Shown here: positions 33,517 through 44,408 of the stretch, piece by piece
How positions within the stretch are numbered: the first letter of the stretch is position 1
Layout: every line of letters starts with the position of its first letter
Assembly: GCA_031279825.1 (NCBI GenBank)
Contig: JAITHT010000074.1
Span: 6,829-70,828, forward strand
DNA: 64,000 nt
From: Desulfovibrio sp.
GTDB taxonomy: Bacteria > Desulfobacterota > Desulfovibrionia > Desulfovibrionales > Desulfovibrionaceae
Direction of reading: 5' to 3'
Translations under genes and position numbers: made by a program
Notes under the pieces: generated by a model
The model's database searches: none
Told to the model about the DNA's origin: nothing
Seen by the model: the letters and a program-made list of their open reading frames with translations, nothing else

Positions 33517-36323
33517 AGTTCACCCTCCCGCGCCAGGGAAAGTTTCGGCGGTGCATCCGGATCGAGCCAATACAGTTGAATCTGGCCGTTCCCGGCAGTG
33601 TCGTACAAGGGAATATGCAGGGCCCGCAACGCCTTTTGAACCGCCGCCGCAGGAAAGCCCCACCTATTGGCGTAACCGCAACTGGCCAAGGCCACTGCGG
33701 GCCGTACAGATTCATAGAAACCGGGGACAAAAGCGCCTGCCGATCCGTGATGGGGCAGCACCAGCACCCACGCATTCAAGGGGCCATTTGCCTTCCGGGC
33801 GTCTTCCGTAATGCCGGCATATTCGGACGCCCCATGCGCATCGGATTCTTTGTGAATTGCGGCCATAAGTTTCCGCAAAGAAGGGGCGCCGGCATCCCCG
33901 CACAGCAGGGCCAAGCCTTTTCCCCTCCACACCAGGCGCAGAATCAGCGAAGCCTCGTTGCCTTTTTCTTTGCCGGAAACCCGCAAGATCGACGATTGGG
34001 CTGCATCCGGCCAGAGCGTTTCCAGGTACAGATCCGGCGCAAGGGTAACCCTGTCGCCGGCCTCAAGCGCCCGGCGCTTGAGGCCGCTTCGGCGTAAAAC
34101 GGCTTGCTCGCGTTCCGCCAGGGCCGGTATGGCCTCGCCGCCGTTAGTCATATAGTAATCAACGGAAAAGCGCTCCAGCACATAGAGAAGACCGGACAGG
34201 TGATCCGTGTCGGGGTGAGTGTTGAGGATCATGTTCAGGCGGGGCAAGGCGTTGTCCGTTAATATCGGCGCAATAATGCTTCCCCCCACGTCAAAACCGT
34301 CTCCGGCAAAGCCGCCGCCGTCAATCAACACGCGTCCTGCCGGACGCCCTTCCCCGGAAACAGCGCGCAAGCCGCTCCATTCTATCAGCGCGGCCTGCCC
34401 CTGCCCCACATCCAGCAAACGCAAGCGCACTCCGGCCTGCCGATCCGCACTCCAGACCCATATAGGCGGGAGCAACAGCATTGCCAATCCGCCGAACACA
34501 AAGAAAAACGAGCCGCTCGTCCGCCTGCGCGGCAACCCCGCCAAACCGAGGCACAACACCCAAAAACCGGCGCCGCTCAACCAGTGGGGCCTCGGCATGA
34601 GCGGCGCCGGGAGCAACCCCGCCGCATCAAGGGTATGGAGAAAAAACATAAGCGCCTCGCAAGGCAAAGAAGCAAGATGCAACACGGCGCTTGCGGGCAT
34701 TTCCATGCCTATTCCGGACAATATAAGGCCAAGGCAGGCCAAGGGCATGACAATCATGCTAAGCACGGGCAGCCAGATCAGATTCAGGGGAAAGCACAGT
34801 CCAATCGAGCCGAAGACGCGCAGGGTCACGGGCAAAAGGGCCGCCTGGATGCAAAACGACAAGCCGAGGAGCACCACGGATCCTCTGGCTAAACGCGTAA
34901 ACAGACCCGCGCGTGGTCCTTCGGATACTCCTCCGCTTGCCGAGGCATCTCTCCCTCCGGGCGGACGCAAACCCGCTTCCGATACGAACTTGCTTTTAAG
35001 GGAACAGGGAAAGAGATGTCGAGCGCATTCGGAAAGAAACGGCAAGCTGATGGCGATAATCGTTATGGAAAGAACGGAAAGCTGCAGACTCAATTCAAAC
35101 AGGAAAAAAGGGTCCAGCGCCAACAAAACGGCCACGGCGGCCAATACGCGATCCAAGAGGTTCCCTGCCCGCCCGAACAGCGTAAAAGCGGCGAAAAAAA
35201 ACAACATGACGGCGGCGCGCACAAGGGACAAGGGCATCTGACCCAGCCACAGATAGACCGCCGCCGCCGGCAGGGCCAAAAGCAAGGCGGCAGCGGGCAT
35301 GGGGATGAACAACCACAGTCCGGGAACGCAGCGGCCGATGCCGCGGGCCGATAACAGCCCCAATAACACGGCATAGCCGAGATGCAGACCGGAAAGAGCC
35401 AAACTGTGCATCAAGGTGGCGCGGGTGAAAACATCGCTTTGCTCTCTGCTGAGAAAGGAGCGATCTCCGAACAAGAGCGCCGGTAAAAAAGCGGCCGAAG
35501 CGGAAATGGAAGCATGTGACGGCAAAGGCGCCTGCGCCTCCTCTTGTGGCAAGGCCGCCAAAAATTTTTCAAAGAGCGCGCGGCGCGCCTGTGCGAAAAC
35601 GGCTGCCATCGCCCTGCCAAAAGACAAACCCGACGCGCCGGAAGGGAGAATATGCACATCGGCATTCGCGCCGCTTCCGGCTCGGAACCAGACATTGCGT
35701 TCGTGCCAGTATTGCTCGGAATCCCAGAGACCGGGATTTTTCATGCCGCGTACGGGCGACAGGCGGAGGGAGGCTTCCAGCATCTGACCCGGCAGAGGAA
35801 CAAGACCCGGTCGATACCATGTCCAGACAACGCGGCCCTGATACACGACGGGAGAAGAAGCGGCATCCCCGACCTCCGGGAGGTTCGCCGGAACGATTTT
35901 TTCCAGAACAAGACGCAGCCGGTTGCCGGACAAAGGTGTACTGCTGCATACCAAGCCGCGAATGCGCACGGTTGCCGGCGGCTGTTTTTCCCCGTCACGA
36001 AGTTGCGCCGGCGCGGAGGCTTTAGCAAGCCATGCAGGCACATCGGGAGGCGACGGCTCTCTCAAAGCGGCATAGGAGACGGCGCCGGCAAAGGCGGAAA
36101 CAAGCAGCGCCGTGCGCCCCGGCATTCCTGAACGCGGCAAGTCCAGCAACCAGATCAGGCCGAGAAACACGAAACCGGGCCCGGGATGCCGAAAAGCCAA
36201 CACGCCGGCCACCGCCGCCAGCACGCACAGGTGGCGGAAGTATAGCATGCCGAGACGGGAGTGGATTCGCGCCGGCCTCGCAGTGCGATCGTTTCCGATA
36301 GATATTATTGAACGCTCACTCAT
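33513..36323 (-). CDS. comEC: DNA uptake channel ComEC/Rec2
   Basis: HSLALSGLH, SLQLS, LDVGQG, THPDTDH, NEASLILRL, PHHGS, NRWGFP; start uncertain (36368, 36323 or 36248). Confidence 0.92.
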   Translation of the reverse strand: MSERSIISIGNDRTARPARIHSRLGMLYFRHLCVLAAVAGVLAFRHPGPGFVFLGLIWLLDLPRSGMPGRTALLVSAFAGAVSYAALREPSPPDVPAWLAKASAPAQLRDGEKQPPATVRIRGLVCSSTPLSGNRLRLVLEKIVPANLPEVGDAASSPVVYQGRVVWTWYRPGLVPLPGQMLEASLRLSPVRGMKNPGLWDSEQYWHERNVWFRAGSGANADVHILPSGASGLSFGRAMAAVFAQARRALFEKFLAALPQEEAQAPLPSHASISASAAFLPALLFGDRSFLSREQSDVFTRATLMHSLALSGLHLGYAVLLGLLSARGIGRCVPGLWLFIPMPAAALLLALPAAAVYLWLGQMPLSLVRAAVMLFFFAAFTLFGRAGNLLDRVLAAVAVLLALDPFFLFELSLQLSVLSITIIAISLPFLSECARHLFPCSLKSKFVSEAGLRPPGGRDASASGGVSEGPRAGLFTRLARGSVVLLGLSFCIQAALLPVTLRVFGSIGLCFPLNLIWLPVLSMIVMPLACLGLILSGIGMEMPASAVLHLASLPCEALMFFLHTLDAAGLLPAPLMPRPHWLSGAGFWVLCLGLAGLPRRRTSGSFFFVFGGLAMLLLPPIWVWSADRQAGVRLRLLDVGQGQAALIEWSGLRAVSGEGRPAGRVLIDGGGFAGDGFDVGGSIIAPILTDNALPRLNMILNTHPDTDHLSGLLYVLERFSVDYYMTNGGEAIPALAEREQAVLRRSGLKRRALEAGDRVTLAPDLYLETLWPDAAQSSILRVSGKEKGNEASLILRLVWRGKGLALLCGDAGAPSLRKLMAAIHKESDAHGASEYAGITEDARKANGPLNAWVLVLPHHGSAGAFVPGFYESVRPAVALASCGYANRWGFPAAAVQKALRALHIPLYDTAGNGQIQLYWLDPDAPPKLSLAREGEL

Positions 36324-36458
36324 CCCGCGATTCGCGTGCTTTGCTTCTCGCCGCAAAAGCAGTTTCAAAATGGAATCGTTCCAGGCTGCCGTACAAATCA
36401 GGTGTATTGCTCTGTGGCTGCAAGTTTTATCGTAACTCGCGCAGACAGCATCTAGTGT

Positions 36459-36617
36459 CTAGTGTCTAATTGCAAAAATTCAAAGTATATTTTTACGGAT
36501 ATTTTTGCAGGATCGTCGGCTGAAAAATACATGATTTTCAGACGACTTACGCCCCATTCGTCGGCGAAAAACCCTCCAGGGTTTTTTATAGTGTTTATTT
36601 TTGCAAGTAAACACTAG
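36459..36617. mobile_element. MITE-like element family B, copy B2 (left 7 bp tandemly duplicated from 36452)
   Basis: CTAGTGTctaattgcaaaaat...atttttgcaagtaaACACTAG; closely similar to 5415-5570. Confidence 0.85.
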
Positions 36618-36732
36618 ATGTAATGTTTCAATAGGCTGTTCACCCTCCCTCAAATCGGTAGAACTGGAGTTACGCCACACCCAGCAACCGATCGAGGGAG
36701 AAGGTGAACAGTCACAAGAACTACACCTAGCT

Positions 36733-37998
36733 CTAGCCCTCGTCGCGTTCGCGACGGATGCGCGCGCCGACCTGTTCCAGTTTGCGCTCAATACCCTCGT
36801 AACCCCGGTCAAGGTGATATATACGCTGTACCTGGGTCTTTCCCCTGGCGGCCAGACCGGCAATGACCAGCGAAGCGCTGGCGCGCAAATCCGAAGCCAT
36901 AACCGGCGCTCCGGTCAATTGCCTCACCCCCCGAATCACCGCGCGGGAGCCCGACAACTTGATGTCCGCGCCCATACGGGAAAGTTCCGGCACATGCATG
37001 AAGCGGTTTTCAAAAATCTTTTCCTCCACTGTGCTTGACCCTTCGGCCAGCGCCATGAGCACCATGAGTTGCGCCTGCATATCCGTGGGAAAACCGGGAT
37101 ACGGACGAGTTGTCATGTCCACGCCGCGCAGCGGTCCCGTCCGATGTACGGCAACACCGTTCTCATGCGGCTCAAGGCTGATACCCATTTCACCCATCTT
37201 GGCCATGACCGCCGTCAATTCTTCAACGGGACACCCCGCTATGTCGCAATCGCCGCCGGTAACCGCCGCGGCAGCCAGAAACGTGCCTGCCTCGATACGA
37301 TCGGGCATAATACTGTATGTTTCGCCGCGCAAGCCGGATACTCCCCTGATATGGACGGTATCCGTTCCCTGCCCGCTGATCCGGGCTCCGCAGGCATTAA
37401 GAAAATCGGCCAAATCGACGACTTCCGGTTCACGGGCGGCATTACGCAAAAAGGTATCTCCCTCCGCCAGACTTGCCGCCATAATCAGATGCTCGGTACC
37501 GCCCACCGTGGGAAAATCAAAGGTTATATCGGCCCCGCGCAATCTGTCGCAACGCCCCACGATATACCCTGAATCAAGCTCCAGAACCGCTCCCATCTTT
37601 TCCAGCGCTCTGGTGTGCTGTTCCACGGGTCTTGCTCCGATGGCGCAACCGCCGGGCAGGGCCACCCGGGCCCGGCCAAGGCGGGCCAGAAGCGGACCGA
37701 GCACCAGTACCGAGGCGCGCATGGTTTTGACCAACTCATAGGGGGCTTCCGGCAAAAGCCTACCGGCCTCAGCCCTGATCGTATGGCCCTTATCGTCGGT
37801 AAATCCCGCCGGGCAGCCCAGCACTCCCAGCATGGCGACGGCGGTGCTGATATCGCGCAGGCGCGGCACATTATGAAAGGTGACGGGACCATCCAGCAGC
37901 AATGCCGCGAACAGGATAGGCAAAGCGGCATTTTTCGATCCGCTGACGCAAATCGTGCCGCGCAGAGGCACACCTCCTTCAATGACCAATTTTTCCAT
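36733..37998 (-). CDS. murA: UDP-N-acetylglucosamine 1-carboxyvinyltransferase
   Basis: [20 protein letters not shown] (active-site Cys), [25 protein letters not shown]. Confidence 0.97.
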   Translation of the reverse strand: MEKLVIEGGVPLRGTICVSGSKNAALPILFAALLLDGPVTFHNVPRLRDISTAVAMLGVLGCPAGFTDDKGHTIRAEAGRLLPEAPYELVKTMRASVLVLGPLLARLGRARVALPGGCAIGARPVEQHTRALEKMGAVLELDSGYIVGRCDRLRGADITFDFPTVGGTEHLIMAASLAEGDTFLRNAAREPEVVDLADFLNACGARISGQGTDTVHIRGVSGLRGETYSIMPDRIEAGTFLAAAAVTGGDCDIAGCPVEELTAVMAKMGEMGISLEPHENGVAVHRTGPLRGVDMTTRPYPGFPTDMQAQLMVLMALAEGSSTVEEKIFENRFMHVPELSRMGADIKLSGSRAVIRGVRQLTGAPVMASDLRASASLVIAGLAARGKTQVQRIYHLDRGYEGIERKLEQVGARIRRERDEG

Positions 37999-38070
37999 GC
38001 CGTGCTCCAAAAAGAAGGAAAATATTTAAGGAAACGCTGCATAATGAAGTCAAGCAGGCTTTATTATTCA

Positions 38071-38213
38071 CACGTTTTGTCGCACGCTTGCGAAGGCCGT
38101 ATTCGACGTCGCTGAAGCCGGCCTGTTTCATTGGCGCCTCCCGTGGATGGGAAGAGTATAATGAAAATGCGACGTGTTGGCGATCATATACTGGGGATTA
38201 AATCAGCGGTTCC
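38071..38213 (-). mobile_element. Second IS5 left-end fragment (143 bp)
   Basis: Nearly identical to 30084-30226, including the TIR, putative promoter, RBS and first ~20 transposase codons. Confidence 0.88.
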
Positions 38214-39052
38214 TTATATAGCCTCCCCGCCTGCCGGGCAATCCCGTATTTTTCCGTATAGCCGCGCGGCGTGAGCATGCGCGCCCCGCATGCCCATGCC
38301 AGCGGGCATTCCCCTCTGCCATGCACGATACGGCTGGCGCTGTTGCCGATGATCAGGATGGTAAACATATCCACGCTGTCCGGCGCCACATCGCCAAGGA
38401 GAACGATCTCCACCCTCTGGCCGGGACGAAAGGCGTTGCGCACCACACCCACCGGGGTGCCTGTTCCTCTGTGCTCGCGACCTATGGCCAGCGCTTCTTC
38501 AAGCTGCCGTGCGCGCCGTTTTGAGCGTGGATTATAGAGAACAAGGACAAAGTCTCCCGCAAAGGCGTGACGCAGGCGCGCGGTAATGATGGCCCACGGC
38601 GTGAGCAGGTCAGAAAGGCTGACGCAGGCGAAATCATGCGTCAAGGGAGCGCCCAGCAAAGCCGCCGCCCCGCATAACGCCGGAATACCGGGGATCACAT
38701 GCAGGGGAATATCCGACGCGGCGAGACCGCGCCGCTCGATACGTTCCAGAATCAGCCCGGCCAGGGCGTAGATGCCGGGATCTCCGGAACAGACGACAGC
38801 CGTCTCTTCCCCGTTCACGGCGGCGTCAACAGCCGCCTCGGCCCTGGCTATTTCTCCCGTCATGCCTGTGGAGATAATCCTTTTGCCCACGAGTAACTCT
38901 CCAGGCACAAGAGGGATGTAGCCGCTGTAGCCGACAATGAGGGATGAGGCGGAGATCGCGGCGGCGGCTTCGGGAGAAAGCAGGGAGGAATCGCCGGGTC
39001 CCAGACCCAGCACATAGAGAGGCGCGCATGGCGCGGCGGAAGAAGGGCGCAT
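38198..39052 (-). CDS. cobJ: Precorrin-3B C17-methyltransferase
   Basis: LYVLGLGPG, SGDPGIYALA, GAPLTHDF, SLSDLLTPW, YNPRSKRR, TPRGY; start chosen by RBS gagga. Confidence 0.92.
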   Translation of the reverse strand: MRPSSAAPCAPLYVLGLGPGDSSLLSPEAAAAISASSLIVGYSGYIPLVPGELLVGKRIISTGMTGEIARAEAAVDAAVNGEETAVVCSGDPGIYALAGLILERIERRGLAASDIPLHVIPGIPALCGAAALLGAPLTHDFACVSLSDLLTPWAIITARLRHAFAGDFVLVLYNPRSKRRARQLEEALAIGREHRGTGTPVGVVRNAFRPGQRVEIVLLGDVAPDSVDMFTILIIGNSASRIVHGRGECPLAWACGARMLTPRGYTEKYGIARQAGRLYKEPLI

Positions 39053-39117
39053 GACCATCCTCGCGGGCTGTTTTGGCGTTTTTTCAAGGCATCGCGCATA
39101 CCCTAATTCCGTCCGTG

Positions 39118-39146
39118 CTGACAAACAAGTCTTTTTCGTATATACT
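39118..39146 (+). promoter_or_regulatory. Putative sigma-70 promoter of ahbB-hemL-cbiG
   Basis: CTGACA-17 bp-TATACT, 22 bp before the ATG at 39169. Confidence 0.55.
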
Positions 39147-39168
39147 TACGGATATGAGGAAAAATAGT

Positions 39169-39657
39169 ATGACATCTGACGCTTTGCGGCGGTTTACGGA
39201 ACAGGAGCGCGCTGTTTTGCGCATTGTCCAGGAGGATCTGCCGGACTCCATCACCCCCTATGCGGATATCGCCGAAACTGCGGGCATGAAGGAGAGCGAA
39301 GTGCTCGACCTATTGCGCGGCATGGCGGCAACGGGTGCCATCCGGCGCTTCGGCGCCAGCCTCAGGCACCAGAAGGCTGGTTTCGCCCATAACGCCATGG
39401 TGGCATGGATAGTCAGCCCGGAGGACGCCGACGCCGCCGGGAAAAAAGCGGCCGAACATCCCCTTGTCTCCCATTGTTATTACCGTCCGTCGCCGGCCCC
39501 TGACTGGCCGTATGAACTGTATACGATGATTCACGGCCGTTCTGTCGATGAATACAAAGAAGTGATCGCCTCCCTGCGCGCCGCGACCGTCTTGCGGGAG
39601 TGCGCCGTGCTGGAGAGTCTGCGCGAAATGAAAAAAACCTCCATGATCTATTTTTAG
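39169..39657 (+). CDS. ahbB: Siroheme decarboxylase beta subunit (Lrp/AsnC-like)
   Basis: [49 protein letters not shown]; upstream of hemL. Confidence 0.88.
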   Translation: MTSDALRRFTEQERAVLRIVQEDLPDSITPYADIAETAGMKESEVLDLLRGMAATGAIRRFGASLRHQKAGFAHNAMVAWIVSPEDADAAGKKAAEHPLVSHCYYRPSPAPDWPYELYTMIHGRSVDEYKEVIASLRAATVLRECAVLESLREMKKTSMIYF

Positions 39658-39670
39658 CCAAGGAGCACGC

Positions 39671-40939
39671 ATGTCCCGATCACAAGCATTGTTCGCGCAG
39701 GCAAGACGCTATATTCCCGGCGGAGTGAACAGCCCGGTGCGCGCCTGCGCCGCCGTGGGTTGCGAACCGTTGTTCATCTCCTCGGCCAGGGGAGGAACCA
39801 TCACCAGCGTCGAGGGAGATGTCTATATTGATCTGGTACAGTCATGGGGACCCATGCTTCTTGGACACAGCCATCCTGAGGTCAATGCCGCCGTGCGCGC
39901 GGCGGTTGAACGGGGCACGAGCTACGGCGCGCCTTGCGAAGACGAACTCAGACTTGCGGAGATGATTGTGGAGGCTCTGCCCGGCGTGGAGATGGTGCGT
40001 ATGGTCAATTCCGGAACCGAAGCTGCCATGAGCGCCTTGCGTCTGGCCCGCGCCCATACCGGCCGTAACAAGGTAATCAAGTTTGAAGGCTGCTACCACG
40101 GGCACGCCGATGCTTTTTTGGCCAGCGCCGGTTCGGGCGTGGCCACCCTTTCCATACCCGGCACCCCGGGCGTGCCTCCGGCGGTGGTGGCTGATACCCT
40201 ACTCGCGCCCTATAACGATCTTGCCGCTACCGAGGCGATGTTTAGCGTCTATGCGAAAGAAATAGCCGCCGTGATTGTGGAGCCGGCTGCCGGCAACATG
40301 GGCCTTGTACCGCCCTGCCCCGGTTTTTTGCAGGGGCTGCACGATTTGTGCGACGCGCACGGGGCTTTGCTTATCTTTGATGAGGTTATTACCGGATTCC
40401 GTCTTGCGTATGGAGGTGCCCAAACCCGTTACGGCATCATTCCGGATCTGACGGTTCTCGGCAAGATTATCGGCGGCGGCCTGCCTGTCGGAGCATACGG
40501 CGGCAAGAGGGAAATTATGAGCCGCATCGCCCCCGGCGGCGACGTTTACCAGGCAGGCACCCTGTCAGGCAATCCGCTGGCCATGGCCGCCGGCGTGGCT
40601 ACACTCTCTCTGTTGCGGCAGAGCGACTATCCTGCCTTGGAAAATCGGGTGGAGAGCCTGTGTCGCGGGTTGGAAGAATCTTTTGCCGGCAGGGGGTTGC
40701 CTGTAACCATTACCAGGCTGGCCAGCATGTTCACCGTTTTCTTCACCGCATCGCCCGTTACGGATTTCTCTTCGGCAAAACAGGCCGATACGGCGTGCTA
40801 CGCCCGCTACTTCACCCATATGCGCTCGCGAGGCGTTTTTATAGCCCCCTCGCCCTTTGAAGCGGCCATGGTTTCCTTTGCCCACAGCGATGCCGAGCTT
40901 GCCGCCGTCGTTGCAGCGGTAGTCTCCTTTGCCGGATAA
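39671..40939 (+). CDS. hemL: Glutamate-1-semialdehyde 2,1-aminomutase
   Basis: [52 protein letters not shown]. Confidence 0.97.
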   Translation: MSRSQALFAQARRYIPGGVNSPVRACAAVGCEPLFISSARGGTITSVEGDVYIDLVQSWGPMLLGHSHPEVNAAVRAAVERGTSYGAPCEDELRLAEMIVEALPGVEMVRMVNSGTEAAMSALRLARAHTGRNKVIKFEGCYHGHADAFLASAGSGVATLSIPGTPGVPPAVVADTLLAPYNDLAATEAMFSVYAKEIAAVIVEPAAGNMGLVPPCPGFLQGLHDLCDAHGALLIFDEVITGFRLAYGGAQTRYGIIPDLTVLGKIIGGGLPVGAYGGKREIMSRIAPGGDVYQAGTLSGNPLAMAAGVATLSLLRQSDYPALENRVESLCRGLEESFAGRGLPVTITRLASMFTVFFTASPVTDFSSAKQADTACYARYFTHMRSRGVFIAPSPFEAAMVSFAHSDAELAAVVAAVVSFAG

Positions 40940-42098
40940 TTCGCCCAAAGGCCCGGTGGCCGTCTACGTCCTGACAGGGCAGGGGCTGGCTGTGGCCCGG
41001 CGTCTTGAATCCTCCCTGGATACCCAGTTGTACCTTTCGCAATCCGTGCCCGGCGGAGAGCCCGATGCTTCTCGCGGCTCCGATTCTGCGTTTCTCCCTG
41101 ATCCTCCTCGTGCTGCGAGCTCCCTGCCGCCGCACCGTTTCAGCCGTCTGGCCGATATCACGCACGAGCGTTTTTCCGAACATGCCGGCCATATCTTTAT
41201 TACGGCAACGGGCATCGCCGTGCGCGCCGTCGCGCCGCTTCTCAGGGGCAAAAGCGTCGATCCGGCGGTACTGGTCATCGATCAACGCGGCCGTTTCGTG
41301 ATCAGCCTGTTATCCGGCCACCTGGGCGGGGCCAATGCCTTGGCGATGAAGGCGGCGGCCGTCTTGGGAGCCGTCCCCGTGATTACCACGGCCACGGATG
41401 TGGAGTGCCTCCCGGCCTTGGACTCGCTGGCAAAAGCAAAGGGGCTGGGCATCGCCGATATGGACGCGGTCAGGACGATCAGCGCCGCGTTGCTCGCCGG
41501 GCAAAGGGTCATGCTGCATGACCCGGAAAATAGGCTCGGCATGCAGGGGAGCGGCTGGGAGGTTTTTTTTCTGCGGGAGCCTGATATGCGCCTCGCCTTG
41601 GCGGCTGTCTCCCGCCCGCGCGTCATCGTGACGGAACAGGCGCTTTGCCGGCCATCGGCGGATACGCGGAAGATCGCGTCCGGGCGGTCCCTGTGTCTGG
41701 CGCTGCATCCCCGGCTGCTATATGTGGGCGTCGGCTGCCGCAGGGGAACCGCCGGGGAGGAAATAGTCCGGCGCATACTGGAGGCGCTCGCTTTTTCCGG
41801 CCTGCCGCCGCAGGCCGTGGCCGCCCTGGCGTCCATCGACGCCAAGCGGGCCGAAGGGGGTCTTGCCGACGCAGCGCGCAGTCTCGGCTTAGACCTGTGT
41901 TTTTTCAACAGAGAGGAGCTTGCCCGTTATCCGGTCAGCGCGCCTTCGGCCAAGGCCTTAAGCCGCTTCGGTATACAGGGGGTATGCGAACCGGCGGCAC
42001 TGGCTGCGGCGGGCCGGGGGGGGCGCCTGCTTGTTCCCAAAAAAAGCGGCGGCCGGGTCTCCCTGGCTATTGCCCGCGCTCCCGATCCATTGCCGTGA
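40929..42098 (+). CDS. cbiG: Cobalt-precorrin-5A hydrolase
   Basis: [45 protein letters not shown]. Confidence 0.92.
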   Translation: MPDNSPKGPVAVYVLTGQGLAVARRLESSLDTQLYLSQSVPGGEPDASRGSDSAFLPDPPRAASSLPPHRFSRLADITHERFSEHAGHIFITATGIAVRAVAPLLRGKSVDPAVLVIDQRGRFVISLLSGHLGGANALAMKAAAVLGAVPVITTATDVECLPALDSLAKAKGLGIADMDAVRTISAALLAGQRVMLHDPENRLGMQGSGWEVFFLREPDMRLALAAVSRPRVIVTEQALCRPSADTRKIASGRSLCLALHPRLLYVGVGCRRGTAGEEIVRRILEALAFSGLPPQAVAALASIDAKRAEGGLADAARSLGLDLCFFNREELARYPVSAPSAKALSRFGIQGVCEPAALAAAGRGGRLLVPKKSGGRVSLAIARAPDPLP

Positions 42099-42413
42099 TA
42101 GAGGGCGTATCGCATGCGCCGGCGATGCCCTTTTCCTCACCAGTTTGCCCTGCTGCCTTTCCATCCGCGCGTTAACTTCGCTCGGCAACGGTTTGCAACT
42201 ACCTTCCAATGCTTGGAAACACTTCCACGCCGCCCTTTACGCTGAGCCGCCTGAATCGCCTTCACGGCATCTGAAAAATCTGGTTCAGACGAAAAACGCT
42301 GCATGCTTCGGTGAAGTGCCGGTCACAGCATTTACGCTGTATCGGAGTTTTTTGCGCCCGGCCGGAGCCATCCATGAGCCTGTGGAAACATATCCGCTGA
42401 AGGGAGGTTGTTG

Positions 42414-42809
42414 ATGCTGTCCGTATATTCACTACAAACCGGGAAAGAAGGCTTGCATGACATCACGCCTTCCGTACGCGAGGCAATCAAGACGAGCGGT
42501 GTCGGCGCCGGACTGTGCATAGTCTACTGCCCACATACCACAGCGGCCGTCACTATCAACGAGAACGCGGATCCGGATGTGGCCGTGGATTTGCTTAACG
42601 GCTTGGACAAGGCATTTCCTGATAGATCGGACTTTCGTCATTCCGAAGGCAACAGCTCAGCGCATCTGAAATCAAGCTGCCTCGGCGCAAGCGTGACCCT
42701 GATCGTGGAAAACGGCGAGCCTCTTCTCGGAACATGGCAAGGTGTGTATTTTTGCGAGTTTGACGGCCCGCGGCGCAGAACATATCAGGTAAAAACGCTT
42801 GAGGGTTGA
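42414..42809 (+). CDS. yjbQ: YjbQ/UPF0047 family protein
   Basis: PHTTAAVTINENADPDV, HSEGNSSAHLKSS, LGTWQGVYFCEFDGPR. Confidence 0.92.
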   Translation: MLSVYSLQTGKEGLHDITPSVREAIKTSGVGAGLCIVYCPHTTAAVTINENADPDVAVDLLNGLDKAFPDRSDFRHSEGNSSAHLKSSCLGASVTLIVENGEPLLGTWQGVYFCEFDGPRRRTYQVKTLEG

Positions 42810-43060
42810 TGAAAGGTTTACGAAAAAGAGAGCATCGCACAATTTTTTGCGCAAACTGTCGCATACGAGACATACACGACGTCTGTCCGCAGTTATCTTG
42901 ATGGAAAATCGCATAGCAAAAAAACGCGGTTTGTTACTTTGCTTACGTCACTTATCAAAGTAAGGGAGGCTTTGCTGAAACACGCTTCCTCGGCGAAGTC
43001 GGGACATAGCAGGTGCAGGGCGCTATGCATATGTGGAAATCGAATACGGAGGAGCGCATC

Positions 43061-43441
43061 ATGGAATTTCCCGATGACAGAGTCTACCATGCCGATCACC
43101 TCTGGGCGCAGGAGCAGGCTGACGGCACATGGCTGGTGGGCATTACGGATTATGCGCAGGCCCTGCTTGGCGATATGATTGTTGTGGAATTGCCGGAAGT
43201 AGGCGCTGGCCTGCGGCAAGGGGATGCCTGCGCCTCTTTTGAATCCGTCAAGGCGATAGGCGAGGCAGTTACGCCTGTTTCCGGAGAGATTATGGAGGTC
43301 AACACCGCTTTGGCCGGCACTCCGGGGCTTTTAAACGGCGATCCCTACGGGCAGGGCTGGCTTGTGCGGGTAAAACCTTTTTCGCAAGCTGGAGCCGGTT
43401 GCATAAGCGCTGCGGAATATGCGGCCGCGATCTGTGGTTAG
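43061..43441 (+). CDS. gcvH: Glycine cleavage system H protein
   Basis: VGITDYAQ..LGD, ESVKA (lipoyl lysine), PVSGEI, DPYGQGWL. Confidence 0.92.
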   Translation: MEFPDDRVYHADHLWAQEQADGTWLVGITDYAQALLGDMIVVELPEVGAGLRQGDACASFESVKAIGEAVTPVSGEIMEVNTALAGTPGLLNGDPYGQGWLVRVKPFSQAGAGCISAAEYAAAICG

Positions 43442-43569
43442 AGCATTTTCACTTCGAAAATGCTCTGTCAACCGGTAGCGTAAGCGCCGGCTCTCGCGCA
43501 CGAGGAGCAGGCGAAACTTGTTTTCGCCGTCAACGGCGGGTGCAACGTTTCAACGTTGATCTGCTCCAG
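43438..43569 (+). repeat. Family A copy A4 (full length)
   Basis: TTAGAGCAttttcacttcgaaaatgctct...ctgctccag; overlaps the stop codons of both gcvH and the mlaF-like gene. Confidence 0.9.
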
Positions 43570-44404
43570 AATGCTCCCATTGACAAAGCGCGGCAAGCCC
43601 GCGGGCATGACTCGCCATGCGTCCGCGCGGACCCGTGAAGTACTCCTGAATCCAAGGATGCTTCACATGCAGCAAATTGGCGATGCTGTCCACGGCATAA
43701 ATGCGTTTTTCCGCCAATACCGCCACTCGGTCGCAGACGGCATGCAAAGAATCAAGATCGTGGGTCACCATGCATACGGTCAAGCCCAGGCCGGCCCGCA
43801 ATCCGAGGAGCAGCCGGTCAAAATCCGCCGCCCCGAGGGGATCAAGCCCGGCTGTAGGCTCGTCCAGCAATAGAATCGCCGGGTCTAAAGCCAGCGCTCT
43901 GGCCAGGCCGGCGCGTTTTTTCATCCCCCCGGATAATTCTCCGGGATACAAGTCATAAGCGGAAAGAGGCAGACCCACCAAATCCAATTTCATAAGGCTT
44001 ATCGCCTCCCGCATGGATTTGGAAACAGAGGTGAACTCGCGTAGCGGGAAGGCGATATTTTCTCCCACAGTGAGAGAGGAAAAGAGCGCGCCGTCTTGAA
44101 AAAGTACTCCCCACTGTTTTCGAATCCGTTTTTTTTTCTCTTCGGAAGCGGTGTTCATATTCACGCCCATGACGAAAATTTCACCGGCGGAGGCATGATG
44201 CAGACCGAGAATAGTGCGTAAAAGTATCGATTTACCTGTGCCCGAGCCGCCGATTATACCCAATATTTCTCCCTTGCGGATGTCAAGATCAAGATTTTCA
44301 TGCACTACAAGGGTATTGAAACGGTTGTCTACGCGATGTAAACGGATAATCGCCTCAGAAGAGGAAGAAGCCGAAACATCCGCTATGGGTAAGGCCTCAT
44401 CCAT
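43550..44404 (-). CDS. mlaF: MlaF/Mkl-type ABC transporter ATP-binding protein
   Basis: GGSGTGKS, LFQDGALFSSLTV, LSGGMKKRAGLARA, DEPTAGLDP. Confidence 0.88.
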   Translation of the reverse strand: MDEALPIADVSASSSSEAIIRLHRVDNRFNTLVVHENLDLDIRKGEILGIIGGSGTGKSILLRTILGLHHASAGEIFVMGVNMNTASEEKKKRIRKQWGVLFQDGALFSSLTVGENIAFPLREFTSVSKSMREAISLMKLDLVGLPLSAYDLYPGELSGGMKKRAGLARALALDPAILLLDEPTAGLDPLGAADFDRLLLGLRAGLGLTVCMVTHDLDSLHAVCDRVAVLAEKRIYAVDSIANLLHVKHPWIQEYFTGPRGRMASHARGLAALCQWEHSGADQR

Positions 44405-44408
44405 CGCG

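Noticed and set aside
33494..36617. comEC as cargo of a composite transposon made of B ends
   Set aside because: The two nearest B ends have their outer edges facing comEC, and the left element has no distal end.
42810..43060. Possible glycine riboswitch before gcvH, or cobalamin riboswitch near cobJ/cbiG
   Set aside because: No recognisable conserved aptamer motifs by eye; an Infernal search would settle it.
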